Of a DNA stretch of 64,000 nt, positions 51,011 through 61,412 are shown one piece after another. The notes under the pieces are model-generated. The model searched no databases. It was not told the DNA's origin and saw only the letters and a list, made by a program, of their open reading frames with translations. Source of the stretch: an uncultured Candidatus Binatia bacterium. GTDB lineage: Bacteria; Desulfobacterota; Binatia; UBA9968; JAJDTQ01. Location of the stretch: the NCBI GenBank assembly GCA_965213675.1, contig OZ243916.1, positions 1,536,001 to 1,600,000 of the forward strand, in the 5' to 3' direction. Position 1 is the stretch's first letter, and every line of letters starts with the position of its first letter. The position numbers and the translations under genes were made by a program.

Positions 51011-53326
51011 ATGAGCACCGAGCAAAGCAGCCCCCACAGCCTGATTGGCGCTTCCATCCGAAGAGTTGAGGACCCGCCCCTGCTCACCGGGCAGGGATGC
51101 TATGTGGACGACGTGAAGCTGCCGGGGATTCTGCACGTGGCGATCCACCGGAGCACCCACCCCCACGCCCGCATCCTGTCCATCGACACCAGCGAGGCCG
51201 CGGCCAGGCCCGGCGTCGTGTGTGTGCTCACGGGTGACGACACCGGTGACTTGGCGTTGCGCGCGCCGCGGTTGATGCCCGACATGAACATGCCGGAGCA
51301 CCCGGTGCTGGCGCGCGGCGCGGTGCATGCGGTGGGCGCGCCCATCGCGGCGGTGGTGGCCGAGAGCCGCGCCTTGGCGGACGACGCTGCCGCGGCCGTC
51401 CACGTCACCTATGACCCCCTGCCGGTGGTCACGGACGCCGAGGCCGCGCTGGAGCCGGACGCACCCCTGGCCCACGAGGAACTGGGCACCAACCACTGCT
51501 ACACCATGAAGAAGGAGAACGGCGACGTCGACAAGGCGTTCGCCGAGGCCGATCACATCTGCCGGCTGCACATGAAGAGCCCGCGGCTCGTGGCCATGTC
51601 CATGGAGGCGCGGGGCGTGCTGGCGCATCCCGATCCGGTACGAAACGAGCTCACGGTGTGGCTTTCCACCCAGGGACCGCACCGGGCGCGCGCCGACCTG
51701 GCCAACTCCCTGGGTTTCCCCGAAAACCGCATCCACGTCATCGCGCCGGACGTGGGCGGGGGCTTCGGCAGCAAGGGCTGCGTCTATCGCGAGGATGTGC
51801 TGGTGTGCCACGTGGCGCGGAAGCTGGGCCGGCCGGTCAAATGGATGGCCACCCGCAGCGAGGATTTTCTCACCACCTGCCAGGGCCGCGACCAGGCCAT
51901 GACCTCGGAGCTGGCGCTGAGCAAGGACGGCAAGATGCTGGGCCTCAAGGTGCGCGTGGTCGCCAACCTGGGCGCGTACCTGCACTCCGCCACCGCCGGA
52001 CCGCCCCAGCGCATGCTGGTGATGGCCCCGGGCTGCTACCAGATTCAGGATGTGCGGGTGGAGATCGTCTCGGCGTTCACCAACACCGTGCCCACCGGAC
52101 CCTACCGCGGCGCCGGCCGGCCGGAATCGGTGCTCAACATCGAACGGCTGGCGGACACGGCCGCCCGCGATCTGGGTCTGGACCCGCTGGAGATTCGGCG
52201 CAAGAACTACATCCAGCCGGACCAGTTCCCCTACCGCACCGGCGCCGGCGTCGAATACGACTCGGGGGACTACGAGAAGTCCCTGAACGAGGCGCTGAGG
52301 CTGTCGGACTACGACCAACTCATCCGCATGCGCGACGAGGCGCGGGCGCGCGGCGAACTGGTGGGCGTCGGCGTATCGACGTTCGTGGAACCCAGCGGTG
52401 GCGCCGGATTCGAAAGCGGCGCCGTTCGGGTGGAACGCACCGGGGCGATCACCGTGCTCACCGGCTCCAGCTCCCACGGCCAGGGGCACGAAACCGTGTG
52501 GGCGCAAGTGGCCGCGGAGAAGCTCAAGGTCCCCATGGACAACGTGGTGGTGCGCCACGGCGACACCATCGCCATCCAACAGGGTACCGGCACCTTCGGC
52601 AGCCGCAGCGCGGTCATGGGCGGAGGCGCCCTGGCCACGGCCGCCGACCGCGTCATCGCCAAAGCCAAGGCCATTGCCGGGAACCTCATGGAAGCGTCCG
52701 CGGACGACGTAGTTCAGGTGGACGGCGGCTTCGCCGTGGCCGGCGTACCGGAACGAAACGTGACCTGGCGCCAAGTGGCCGGCGCCGCCTACGCCAAGGG
52801 CACACCGGCGGGCATGGATCCCGGTCTCAACGAAGTCGCCTTCTTCGATCCCAACCGCGAGGCCTGGGGCTTCGGCGCCCACGTGGCGCTGGTGCGCATT
52901 GACGCCGACACCGGCGCCCTCACCATCGAGAAGCTCGTGCTGGTGGACGACATCGGCGTCGTCCTGAACCCCATGGTGGTGGAGGCCCAGGTCCACGGCG
53001 GCCTCGCCCAGGGCCTGGGGGAAGTCCTGTGCGAACACATGGTCTTTGACGAGGACGGCCAGCCCCGCACCGGCACCCTCATGGACTACGCCGTCCCCCG
53101 CGCCGCCACCATGCCGCCCTTGGTGGTGGGCGAAACCGAGACTCCGAACCCCTTCAACCCCCTGGGCGTCAAGGGCGTGGGCGAGGCCGGCACCAACGGC
53201 GCGCCCCCCGCCGTCGCCAACGCCCTCATGGACGCACTATCCCCCCTGGGCATCGACCACATCGACATGCCCTACACCGCGCCGAAACTGTGGCGGGCGA
53301 TCCGGGAGGCGCGGAACGACGGGTGA
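51011..53326 (+). CDS. CoxL-like molybdopterin large subunit (form II-like, not form I CO dehydrogenase)
   Basis: DVGGGFGSK, active-site PYRGAGR, HGQGHET, GVKGVGEAG. Confidence 0.92.
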   Translation: MSTEQSSPHSLIGASIRRVEDPPLLTGQGCYVDDVKLPGILHVAIHRSTHPHARILSIDTSEAAARPGVVCVLTGDDTGDLALRAPRLMPDMNMPEHPVLARGAVHAVGAPIAAVVAESRALADDAAAAVHVTYDPLPVVTDAEAALEPDAPLAHEELGTNHCYTMKKENGDVDKAFAEADHICRLHMKSPRLVAMSMEARGVLAHPDPVRNELTVWLSTQGPHRARADLANSLGFPENRIHVIAPDVGGGFGSKGCVYREDVLVCHVARKLGRPVKWMATRSEDFLTTCQGRDQAMTSELALSKDGKMLGLKVRVVANLGAYLHSATAGPPQRMLVMAPGCYQIQDVRVEIVSAFTNTVPTGPYRGAGRPESVLNIERLADTAARDLGLDPLEIRRKNYIQPDQFPYRTGAGVEYDSGDYEKSLNEALRLSDYDQLIRMRDEARARGELVGVGVSTFVEPSGGAGFESGAVRVERTGAITVLTGSSSHGQGHETVWAQVAAEKLKVPMDNVVVRHGDTIAIQQGTGTFGSRSAVMGGGALATAADRVIAKAKAIAGNLMEASADDVVQVDGGFAVAGVPERNVTWRQVAGAAYAKGTPAGMDPGLNEVAFFDPNREAWGFGAHVALVRIDADTGALTIEKLVLVDDIGVVLNPMVVEAQVHGGLAQGLGEVLCEHMVFDEDGQPRTGTLMDYAVPRAATMPPLVVGETETPNPFNPLGVKGVGEAGTNGAPPAVANALMDALSPLGIDHIDMPYTAPKLWRAIREARNDG

Positions 53327-53552
53327 ATCGAGGATGACGCTCCCGCTTGCCGTGACAGGCACGGCATCCCGCGGCGCTGCACCCTGCGCCTTGGCGTCGT
53401 CCATGGTCGAAAACCCTCTTCGGACCAGTTTCGGACCCCCTGCGGCCAGTTTCAGAGTGGAGTGTACCGGGAATCGGCAAGGCTGTACGAGTTATGTACA
53501 GACAGGTTGAATTGTCACCGTCTTGAACGCCAGCGCGCTGGCGCCCGGCACC

Positions 53553-54506
53553 TCACCGGCGTTGGGTCGCGCGCCAGCGCCAAGGCGGCACGACTTCGCC
53601 GCGCCACACCCCACGCCTCTCCGTACGCGCACGCGCCTCCTCGCCAACGTACGCTTGCGAGTACCTCCGGTACGCGAAGGCCCAACCCTCCGCCACCATC
53701 CAGGCGTTGAGGTCCCGGCCCGCGATGCGGCACACCGCCACGACCCGGCCATAGCTGTCCCGGTCGCGAACGTCGCACACAACGGGTTTGCCGTTGACTT
53801 GGCTGGCCAGCGCCCGCGTCGCGTTCCGGCCACATGGCCACCGGCGGCCCGCCACTCGGCAGGTTTGTTTATGCTCGGGAGCGTCGATGCCGTGCAGACG
53901 GATGCGCATGCCGTTCATGTCGAGGGTGTCCCCGTCCACGGCCCGCGCCCGTCCTGAAATTCCACGGCCGGCACGAGGGGCTCGCACGCCCGACCCGTCC
54001 TTCATTCGTGGACGGCCACGGAGGACTCGCACGCCCGATCCGTCCTTCCCCGGCCTTGTGGGCGCGTAAACCTGGTCGCCACGGAATACCGTCACGGAGT
54101 CCCGCGATTTGGGCGTCCTGGCCGCCACACGAGGTTCCGCCGGGCGGGAACGGGCGGCAGGCGTGCGCATCCCGGCGTGAGGGTTCGGTTGCATCGGAAC
54201 GCGCGTCACCTCTCCAGGCACTGGCGCCGTGACGGGATCTTCATCTTCGGCGAAGCGGATGGCGGACCTTTCCCGACTCAGACAGAACTCCTCGGCCACG
54301 CGTTCCATGGTCGGTCGGACCATGTTCTCGACGACAGCGAAGAAGTAACGTGCGGCGTTGCCGACTTCGGGCCAGATTGAGTTCAGCAGCACGAACGCGG
54401 CCAGCAACGACGAGACAACCAACCCGGCGCGCATCACGAACGCAGCCGCCCGCCACATCCGTCGCTTCAGACGCCACCAATACCAGAAGAAACCCCGTCG
54501 GTGCAT
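53553..54506 (-). CDS. Membrane-anchored thermonuclease (SNase-like)
   Basis: N-terminal hydrophobic segment; VDGDTL, IRLHGIDAPE, DSYGRVVA, RRGVW..PWRWR; internal 45-bp-unit duplication encoding KDGSGVR twice. Confidence 0.88.
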   Translation of the reverse strand: MHRRGFFWYWWRLKRRMWRAAAFVMRAGLVVSSLLAAFVLLNSIWPEVGNAARYFFAVVENMVRPTMERVAEEFCLSRERSAIRFAEDEDPVTAPVPGEVTRVPMQPNPHAGMRTPAARSRPAEPRVAARTPKSRDSVTVFRGDQVYAPTRPGKDGSGVRVLRGRPRMKDGSGVRAPRAGRGISGRARAVDGDTLDMNGMRIRLHGIDAPEHKQTCRVAGRRWPCGRNATRALASQVNGKPVVCDVRDRDSYGRVVAVCRIAGRDLNAWMVAEGWAFAYRRYSQAYVGEEARARTERRGVWRGEVVPPWRWRATQRR

Positions 54507-54670
54507 GGGTCAGTCACCCCCCTGCGCTTTCCCGGCTTGCGCCCCTGAATCGGGCCTCTCCCTCGGATGGCTCGCCAACACCTGACCTGCAGCCCAACCT
54601 GCCTTCTCCGTCAGGACTACCCGAAAGCGCAACGGACCCGGAGGAACCACGGGAGAGGTTCAGAAGCGCG

Positions 54671-55696
54671 TCATACGCCTCCGAAGCCCTGATCCTGCGC
54701 CTCGCCCACGAGCCACGGGTCGTTGATTTCGGTGGTGGGGGGCTGGCCCTGGAGGACGCGGATCACTTCGCGGGCGGCGTGGGTCTGGCAGTCGACGTAG
54801 GACTCGTTGGAGTTGGCGGCGGTGTGGCACGTGACGATGACGTTGGGGAGAGTCAGGATGGGGTGGTCCGCGGGCATGGGCTCGGGATCGGTGACATCAA
54901 GGGCGGCGCCGGCGATCTGGTGGGTGGTGAGAGCGTCGTAGAGGGCGTCGGTATCCACCAGGCCGCCGCGGGCGCAGTTGAGGAAGTACGCGGTGCTCTT
55001 CATGGCCGCGAACTGCTCTTTGCCGAACATCTTGCGGGTGGCGGGGACCAGCGGCGCGTGCAGGGTGATGACATCCGAGCTGCCCACCAGTTCGTCCAGG
55101 GAGACCAGCTTGACGCCCATGGCTTCGGCGATCTCCGGGGCCACGTAGGGGTCCACGGCCTGGACGTTCATCTTCATGCCCTGGGCGCGGGGCGCCACCT
55201 GACGCCCCACGTTGCCCAGGCCCACGATGCCCAGGGTCTGTCCGGCGATGCGCGACACCGGGCCGCGGTAGGCGTGCAGCTCGGCCGTATGGCGGCGCCA
55301 GCGGCCCTCGCGCACGTACTGGTTCATGCGCACGAGCTTCCGGGAGATGGCGATCATGAGACCGATCATCTGCTCCGACACTTCGATGGAGTTGCAGCCG
55401 GCGGCGTTGCACACGGTCACGCCGTGCTCCCTGGCCGCGGCCAGGTCCAGCCGGTCCACGCCCACGCCGGTGCGGCACACCACCTTGCAGCGGTTGAGCT
55501 TCTCGATGATCTCGCGGGTGAACGGCAAGGCGCCGTGGAAGATCATGCCGTCGGCGTCGCGCCCGGCCTCGGCCAACTCCTGGTCGTTGGTGGGCCTGGC
55601 GACCACCAACTCCGCATCCCCGTCGCGCAGGATCGGTTCGATCAGATCGACGGGAACATCGTTGCTGCCGCAGTAGACGACACGGAATTTCGCCAT
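54671..55696 (-). CDS. D-isomer-specific 2-hydroxyacid dehydrogenase (CtBP/SerA-like)
   Basis: RTGVGVD, GIVGLGNVG, NCARGGLVD, ALDVTDPEP. Confidence 0.92.
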   Translation of the reverse strand: MAKFRVVYCGSNDVPVDLIEPILRDGDAELVVARPTNDQELAEAGRDADGMIFHGALPFTREIIEKLNRCKVVCRTGVGVDRLDLAAAREHGVTVCNAAGCNSIEVSEQMIGLMIAISRKLVRMNQYVREGRWRRHTAELHAYRGPVSRIAGQTLGIVGLGNVGRQVAPRAQGMKMNVQAVDPYVAPEIAEAMGVKLVSLDELVGSSDVITLHAPLVPATRKMFGKEQFAAMKSTAYFLNCARGGLVDTDALYDALTTHQIAGAALDVTDPEPMPADHPILTLPNVIVTCHTAANSNESYVDCQTHAAREVIRVLQGQPPTTEINDPWLVGEAQDQGFGGV

Positions 55697-55729
55697 CGTG
55701 GGTGCCCCGCTGGACTCGGTTACGCCTTG

Positions 55730-56863
55730 TTACATTCCCAGCCCGAACATCTGCACCGGGTTGTCCCACAGGATCTTGCGGCGCGTCTCCTCGGACAGAT
55801 TCTCGTTGGCGCTCAGGGCGCCCACGGTGAGATCCGGCCACTTGTCGATGCAGTCGCTGTGGGGATAGTCGGTGGCCATGGTGAGGCGATCGTTGCCCAC
55901 GTGCTCGACGAAGCTCGGCACCAGTTCCTCACCGGCCTCGCAGCTTACCCAGCACTGCCGCTGGAAGTAGAAGCTCGGCTTCTCCGGGGTGATCTTGGCG
56001 GAGCCGTGGGACTCGTGCTCCCAATGCTCGTCCATGCGCTCCAGCCAGAAGGGCACCCAGCCGCAGCCGGACTCCAGGTAGGCCACCTTGAGCCTGGGGA
56101 AACGCTCCAGGACGCCGTCCGCGCACAAGCTCAGGCATGCCAGCATCTGTTCGAGGGGATGACAGGCCACGTGCCGCCCGAACTCGCTGTAGCGGTCGCT
56201 GCCGGCCTGCTCCAGCACCGTGCGCGCGCCTTCGTGGACGCAGACGGTGACGCCCAGATCCTGGGCCGCCTCGTAAACGGGATAGTATTCGGGGCTCGCC
56301 AGCGTACGGCCGCAGAGCTTGTTGGGACGCCAGAAAATACCCACCAGGCCGAGTTGCTCGCGGGCGTGGCGCAATTCCTCAACGGCCCGGGCCGGGTCCT
56401 GCAAGGGTATCAGCATGACGCCCCGCAGCCGCGACTCGTCGTGACTGCAGTATTCCGCGAGCCAGGTGTTGTAGGCGCGGCAAATGGCCTGGCTCAACTC
56501 CGGATCGATATCCGAGCTCCACATGACGTAGAGGCCCATGGTGGGGAACAGCACACTCAGGTCGATGCCTTCCCTGTCCATGTCGCGGAGGTTGGACGCG
56601 GGGTCGAAGCCCGTGGCAATGGCCTCGGCGAAAGTCTCGCGCCAGGACGCATTGCTGGCGAAGATGAAGCCATGGTCGGTGACCTCGCGTTCGGGCCGCC
56701 GGTTGGAGTCGGAGACGGGCTTGCCGTCCACGTAGCGGTTGGACTGGTTGGGTCCAGTGATCTTCACCCGCCCGCGGAACTTCTCCGGCATGTACCGGTC
56801 GTACATGTCCGACGGTTCCATGATATGCCGATCCGAATCGATCACGCGAAATCCGTCCTTCAT
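55730..56863 (-). CDS. Amidohydrolase-2 family protein
   Basis: IDSDRHIMEP, DMDREGID, VHEG, ESGCGW, TDYPHSD. Confidence 0.92.
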   Translation of the reverse strand: MKDGFRVIDSDRHIMEPSDMYDRYMPEKFRGRVKITGPNQSNRYVDGKPVSDSNRRPEREVTDHGFIFASNASWRETFAEAIATGFDPASNLRDMDREGIDLSVLFPTMGLYVMWSSDIDPELSQAICRAYNTWLAEYCSHDESRLRGVMLIPLQDPARAVEELRHAREQLGLVGIFWRPNKLCGRTLASPEYYPVYEAAQDLGVTVCVHEGARTVLEQAGSDRYSEFGRHVACHPLEQMLACLSLCADGVLERFPRLKVAYLESGCGWVPFWLERMDEHWEHESHGSAKITPEKPSFYFQRQCWVSCEAGEELVPSFVEHVGNDRLTMATDYPHSDCIDKWPDLTVGALSANENLSEETRRKILWDNPVQMFGLGM

Positions 56864-57222
56864 GGCTTGACTCCTTCCTGCAACGGGCGGTGCGCCGCCT
56901 CCTGGGCCGGGTGCCTCCGGTGTCCTTTGAAACGTTCAGTGAAAGCCTTGGGAAGCGCTTCGGCGACGGTCGCCAAAGCAACGCCACTATAGATCAACGC
57001 CCGTTCCCTATCAAACGCCGGAACCCCGCCTTGACGCCGGGAGCGCGACGCCTTTGCCTGCCCGGATCGGACCGGTTTTCCGCGCCTGGAGACGGTTGCG
57101 GAAAGCGGCCTGGAGACCGGTGCGGAAGGCGACATGACAGCAGGAAAGGCTTGCTTGACCGGGCCGGGGACCAACGTTAACATCCCTGCCGACAATCACC
57201 CCGGAGGATCAAGGAGGACATC

Positions 57223-58464
57223 ATGGGAGTGGAGCCTGGCGCGGAATTGTTCGATTTCAACGAACCCTCGGCCACCGGCAAGGCCGGCTTCGGCACGTGG
57301 GAGAACCCCAAGTCGCCCTACGACCGTTTCATGGAAGACCAGGGCGTCCCCATCCACCGGGCCATCGGCGTGCACAAGGTGCAGGACCTGCCGCTGGCGC
57401 CGTGGAAGCGCCTGGGCGGGCGCGGCACCGGCATCCAGCTTCTGGGCACCGAGCACCTCTGGGGCATGTACGTGGTGGAGGTCCCCGGCGCGGGCGCCCT
57501 CAACGCCGAACGCCATCTCTACGAAGAAACCTACTACGTCGTGGAGGGGCGTGGCACCACCGAGGTGTGGCACGAGAGCGAGAGCAGGAAACTCACCTTC
57601 GAGTGGGGACCCGGTTCGCTCTTCGGCATCCCGCTGAACGCCTGGCACCGCGTGGTCAACGCCACCTCGGCCCCAGCCATGCTGCTGGCCGCCACCACTG
57701 CCCCCAACATCCTGAATCTCGTGCGCGACGCCGAGTTCGTGATGAACTGCCCCTACGAGTTCGGCAAGCGCTTTTCCGGGGAAGACGACTACTTCAAGCC
57801 GGTGGAGGACATCCACGCCGACCCGGTGCGCGGCCTCGCCATGCGCCTTACCAACGTCATACCCGACATCGTCCACTGCGAGCTGCCTCGGGACAACCGC
57901 CGTTCCTTCAGCTACCGCCGGGTGGAGCCGCACATGGCCGGGGCGAATTTCTACATGAAGATCGCCCAGTACGAGACCGGGCAATACTCCAAGGCCCACA
58001 AGCACACATCCGGCGCCATCCTGGTGTGCATCAAGGGCAAGGGGTTCAGCTACACGTGGCCGGACACCCTGGGGATGCGGCCGTGGCAGAAAGGACGCGG
58101 GGATGACGTCAAGCAGCAGACCTACGAGCCCGTGGGCATGATCAGCGCCGCGCCCATGCGCGGCGACTGGTTCCACCAGCACTTCGGCACCGACCCGGAA
58201 GGCTTGCGGTTACTCATCTTCGACGGTCCCTACGGGCCGGGCTTCCGGCGCGGCGGCGCCCCCGGCGCCCAGGCCAGGGACGTGGGTGCGGTGGACACCC
58301 GCGACGGCGGCAACGCCATCTCGTACACGGACGAGGACCCGCAAATCCGCCAGACCTACGAGGCCGAGTTGTCCGCCAACGGCATGCAGAGCCGCATGCC
58401 GCAGTGGGCCTACGAGACGCGCACGCCGCCGGAGGGAGCGCTGGAGCCCGGGGCGGGGTTCTGA
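57223..58464 (+). CDS. Bicupin protein of unknown substrate
   Basis: RHLYEE..VEGRG..PLNAWH and KAHKH..WFHQHF cupin metal motifs; AGGAGG RBS. Confidence 0.85.
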   Translation: MGVEPGAELFDFNEPSATGKAGFGTWENPKSPYDRFMEDQGVPIHRAIGVHKVQDLPLAPWKRLGGRGTGIQLLGTEHLWGMYVVEVPGAGALNAERHLYEETYYVVEGRGTTEVWHESESRKLTFEWGPGSLFGIPLNAWHRVVNATSAPAMLLAATTAPNILNLVRDAEFVMNCPYEFGKRFSGEDDYFKPVEDIHADPVRGLAMRLTNVIPDIVHCELPRDNRRSFSYRRVEPHMAGANFYMKIAQYETGQYSKAHKHTSGAILVCIKGKGFSYTWPDTLGMRPWQKGRGDDVKQQTYEPVGMISAAPMRGDWFHQHFGTDPEGLRLLIFDGPYGPGFRRGGAPGAQARDVGAVDTRDGGNAISYTDEDPQIRQTYEAELSANGMQSRMPQWAYETRTPPEGALEPGAGF

Positions 58465-58587
58465 GCAGGTTGCCGGAACCCGTGGTCCCGGAGGCTTGTC
58501 ATCCTGGTCCGGGTCGTCAGCGAGCGGAATCATGGTGAGGACGGATTTTGCCGCGGGGCGGAGGAGGCATCCGGGGCGGAGGAACGC

Positions 58588-59508
58588 TCAACCCTCCCAC
58601 AGCTCCCGGAACTGCACCGCGGCGACCTGCTCGTATGCCACCGGCCCCGGCAGGTGGCCGACGGACTGGGCGAAGGCGTTGAGCTTGGTCACCCTCTCCT
58701 CGGAGATGGCGGGCTCGTAGAACGGCACGTCGCGCTCCACGATGCGGGTGATGAGCGCGGTGGCGTCCTCGGGGAAGAGTCCCTCCCCCACGCGCGCCGC
58801 CTTCGAGGGATCGGCGCGCAGCGCCTTCTGCGCCTTCACGATGGCGCGCACGGCCGCGGCGCACTGTTCCGGCTGCCGCTCGATGAAGGCGTCCGTGGTG
58901 CCGAGGCCCGCGAAGGTGCAGTAGCGCACCTCGGCGGGATCGTCGCCGCGCCGCACGTCCACGTGCACCTTGCCCACGCCGAGGGACACCGCGGTGGCAC
59001 TGCCCATGGCGTTGGACCAGAAGCCGTCGATCTGCCCGGACTCCAGGCCGCGGGCCGCGTACACGCCGAACGAGACGTCCCGCGCCTCGGAACCCGGCAG
59101 GTGCACGATGTTCACGTCCCGCTCCAGGTCCAGCCCGCCCGCCGCCAGCAGCGCCTTGAACACCAGGTCCGGCCCCTCCGCCGCCGTGAGCCGCAGACCC
59201 TTCAACGCCTTGAAGTCTCCCCGTTCGGCGTCGAGGTCCGCACGTACCGTCAAAAGCCACGGCGTCCCCTGGGACAGCGCCACCAGGAGCTTCGCCCCGC
59301 GCCAGCCCGGAAACTCCCGCAAGAGGTCGTGCACCGACCCCGCGATCATGGCGTCCGCGCTGCCCTCCCGGAGCGCCCGCGTGGCGCCGATCTGGGACAC
59401 CAGCTCGATCTCCACGTCCGCTCCCTCCTCGCGATAGAAACCCAGTTCCTGGGCCGCGAGCGCCGGGAAACAGGTGTTGCTCACCAAGTCTACCGCCGCG
59501 ATACGCAT
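58588..59508 (-). CDS. NMT1/SsuA-like ABC transporter substrate-binding-fold protein
   Basis: AQELGFYREEG, LKGLRL, GLDLERDVNIV, AIVKAQKAL patterns; no evident signal peptide. Confidence 0.8.
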   Translation of the reverse strand: MRIAAVDLVSNTCFPALAAQELGFYREEGADVEIELVSQIGATRALREGSADAMIAGSVHDLLREFPGWRGAKLLVALSQGTPWLLTVRADLDAERGDFKALKGLRLTAAEGPDLVFKALLAAGGLDLERDVNIVHLPGSEARDVSFGVYAARGLESGQIDGFWSNAMGSATAVSLGVGKVHVDVRRGDDPAEVRYCTFAGLGTTDAFIERQPEQCAAAVRAIVKAQKALRADPSKAARVGEGLFPEDATALITRIVERDVPFYEPAISEERVTKLNAFAQSVGHLPGPVAYEQVAAVQFRELWEG

Positions 59509-59895
59509 ATCAAGATCGTCTCCTGTCTGGCCGTTACTGGCCCCCACTCGCCTCCGCCGCCCAAAACGGCAGGTAGCGACGATTTCTCGTGCCGCCGTTG
59601 GCTTCGTGCGCACACGACGGGTCCCACATTATAGCGTCTTGGAGCGGTTGCAGACACCGCCTTTCATCAACCAACCATCAAACAAACGGGAACAGGGAAA
59701 CATCCGTTATTACAATGGGTTGGCGACACCCCGGGGCGGGTGTTGGGGAACTTTCGGGGCTTTCCATCAAACAACCCTCGAGCGATGGAAACGGACCGAA
59801 GGAGTACCCTTGATCCGCGACCCGGCCAGGCATAGGCTTGCCCTGCCGCCGGCCGGTATCCGGGCGGCGGTGATCGACTATCCAGGAGGAGGCGG

Positions 59896-61344
59896 ATGAT
59901 GACGGATCGTGACCTGGCAGAACTGACAATCGCGGATGCGGCGGCGGCGATCAGACGCGGGGAGCTTGCCCCGGTGGAGCTGACGAGACTCATGCTGGCG
60001 CGCATCGAACGACTTGACCCGGAGCTGGTTGCGTACGTGACCGTGGCGCGGGAGGAGGCGCTGGCGGACGCGCGGGCGGCAGAGGCGGAGATACGCGACG
60101 GGCGGTACCGCGGGCCGCTTCACGGCATTCCCCTTTCCATCAAGGACAACATCGCAACGCGCGGCATTCGCACCACGGCAGGGTCCAGGGTGTTGGAGGA
60201 CTGCGTGCCGGATGACGACGCCACCGTGGTGGCGCGACTGAGGGAGGCGGGGGCGGTCATCCTGGGCAAGACCAACATGCACGAGTGGGCCAACGGCGGC
60301 ACCACCATCAACCCGTTCTACGGCACGACGCGCAACCCGTGGGACACGGAACGCATCGCCGGGGGGTCCAGCGGCGGGTCGGCCGCCGGGCTGGCCGCGG
60401 GCCTGTGCCTGGGCTCCATCGGCACCGACAACGGCGGCTCGGTGCGAAACCCGGCGTCGCTGTGCGGCATCGTGGGCTTCAAGCCTACCTACGGGCGCGT
60501 CAGCCGTTTCGGACACGTGCCCGGGGACGGCGGCTTCAGCACCAACCACGTGGGGGTATTCAGCAAGACGGCGCGGGACTGCGCCCTGATCCTGCAGGCC
60601 GTCGCCGGGGCCGACCCCAAAGACCCCAACAGCGCGGATGCGCCGGTGCCCGACTACGCCGGCGGCATGGACGCGGGCATCGAGGGTCTCCGGGTGGGGA
60701 TCGTCATGGATTACTTCGACCGGTCCATGACCCGGCCGGTACGCGAGGCCTTCACGGCGGCCCAGCGGCAACTCCAATCCCTCGGCGCCACCATGGTGGA
60801 GGTGGCGGTGCCGCACATCGACACGACGCGGTTCGTCTGGCCCTGCATCACGCGGCCGGAGAACGTGGTGGAGAACCTGCCCTACCTGAAGGCCCGCCCG
60901 CGGGACTACAGCCCGCGCCTGCTTCTCCAGAACATCGGCGCCATGCTGATCCCCGCCGAAGCCTACGTCACCGCCCAGCGCATCCGGCGGATGTTGTGCC
61001 GGGAGTTCGACGAGGCCTTCGCGCAGGTGGACCTCATCGCCGCGCCCACGGCGGCGGTGCCCGCACCCACCATCGAGGAGTCCAGGCGAGCGGTGATGGA
61101 GGTGGACGGCGAGGAAATCCGCCTGGAAGGCGCAGGCGTGAACTTCCGCTCGCTCTTCACCACGCCCTTCAACCTCACCGGCCTGCCGGCCCTGAGCGTC
61201 AACTGCGGATTCACCGGCGGCGGCCTGCCCATCGGGCTCCAGCTCGTGGGGCCGCGTTTCAGCGAGGAACGGGTCCTGCGCGCGGCCCATGCCTACGAGC
61301 AGGCGGCCGGCTGGTACCGGCGCAGGCCGCCGGTGGGAGGGTGA
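59896..61344 (+). CDS. Amidase signature family protein (GatA-like)
   Basis: IKDNI, GKTNMHE, GGSSGGS, GTDNGGSVRNPA, FNLTGLPALS. Confidence 0.94.
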   Translation: MMTDRDLAELTIADAAAAIRRGELAPVELTRLMLARIERLDPELVAYVTVAREEALADARAAEAEIRDGRYRGPLHGIPLSIKDNIATRGIRTTAGSRVLEDCVPDDDATVVARLREAGAVILGKTNMHEWANGGTTINPFYGTTRNPWDTERIAGGSSGGSAAGLAAGLCLGSIGTDNGGSVRNPASLCGIVGFKPTYGRVSRFGHVPGDGGFSTNHVGVFSKTARDCALILQAVAGADPKDPNSADAPVPDYAGGMDAGIEGLRVGIVMDYFDRSMTRPVREAFTAAQRQLQSLGATMVEVAVPHIDTTRFVWPCITRPENVVENLPYLKARPRDYSPRLLLQNIGAMLIPAEAYVTAQRIRRMLCREFDEAFAQVDLIAAPTAAVPAPTIEESRRAVMEVDGEEIRLEGAGVNFRSLFTTPFNLTGLPALSVNCGFTGGGLPIGLQLVGPRFSEERVLRAAHAYEQAAGWYRRRPPVGG

Positions 61345-61362
61345 CCGCACCCGGATGTTGAA

Positions 61363-61388
61363 GGGTCCTGCTTTCGCGGAAGTCACGG
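61363..61388. repeat. Degenerate REP-like element between convergent genes
   Basis: GGGTCCTGCTTTCGCGGAAGTCACGG resembles the element at 43995. Confidence 0.45.
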
Positions 61389-61412
61389 ATGGAGGCGGAA
61401 CGGCCCGAAGCG

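Noticed and set aside
51011-53326. Aerobic CO dehydrogenase (form I)
   Set aside because: The active-site loop is PYRGAGR, not AYxCSFR, and the gene order is not M-S-L.
50222-56992. 938-aa (minus) and 880-aa (plus) ORFs
   Set aside because: Antisense shadows of the cox-like genes and of the dehydrogenase/amidohydrolase genes.
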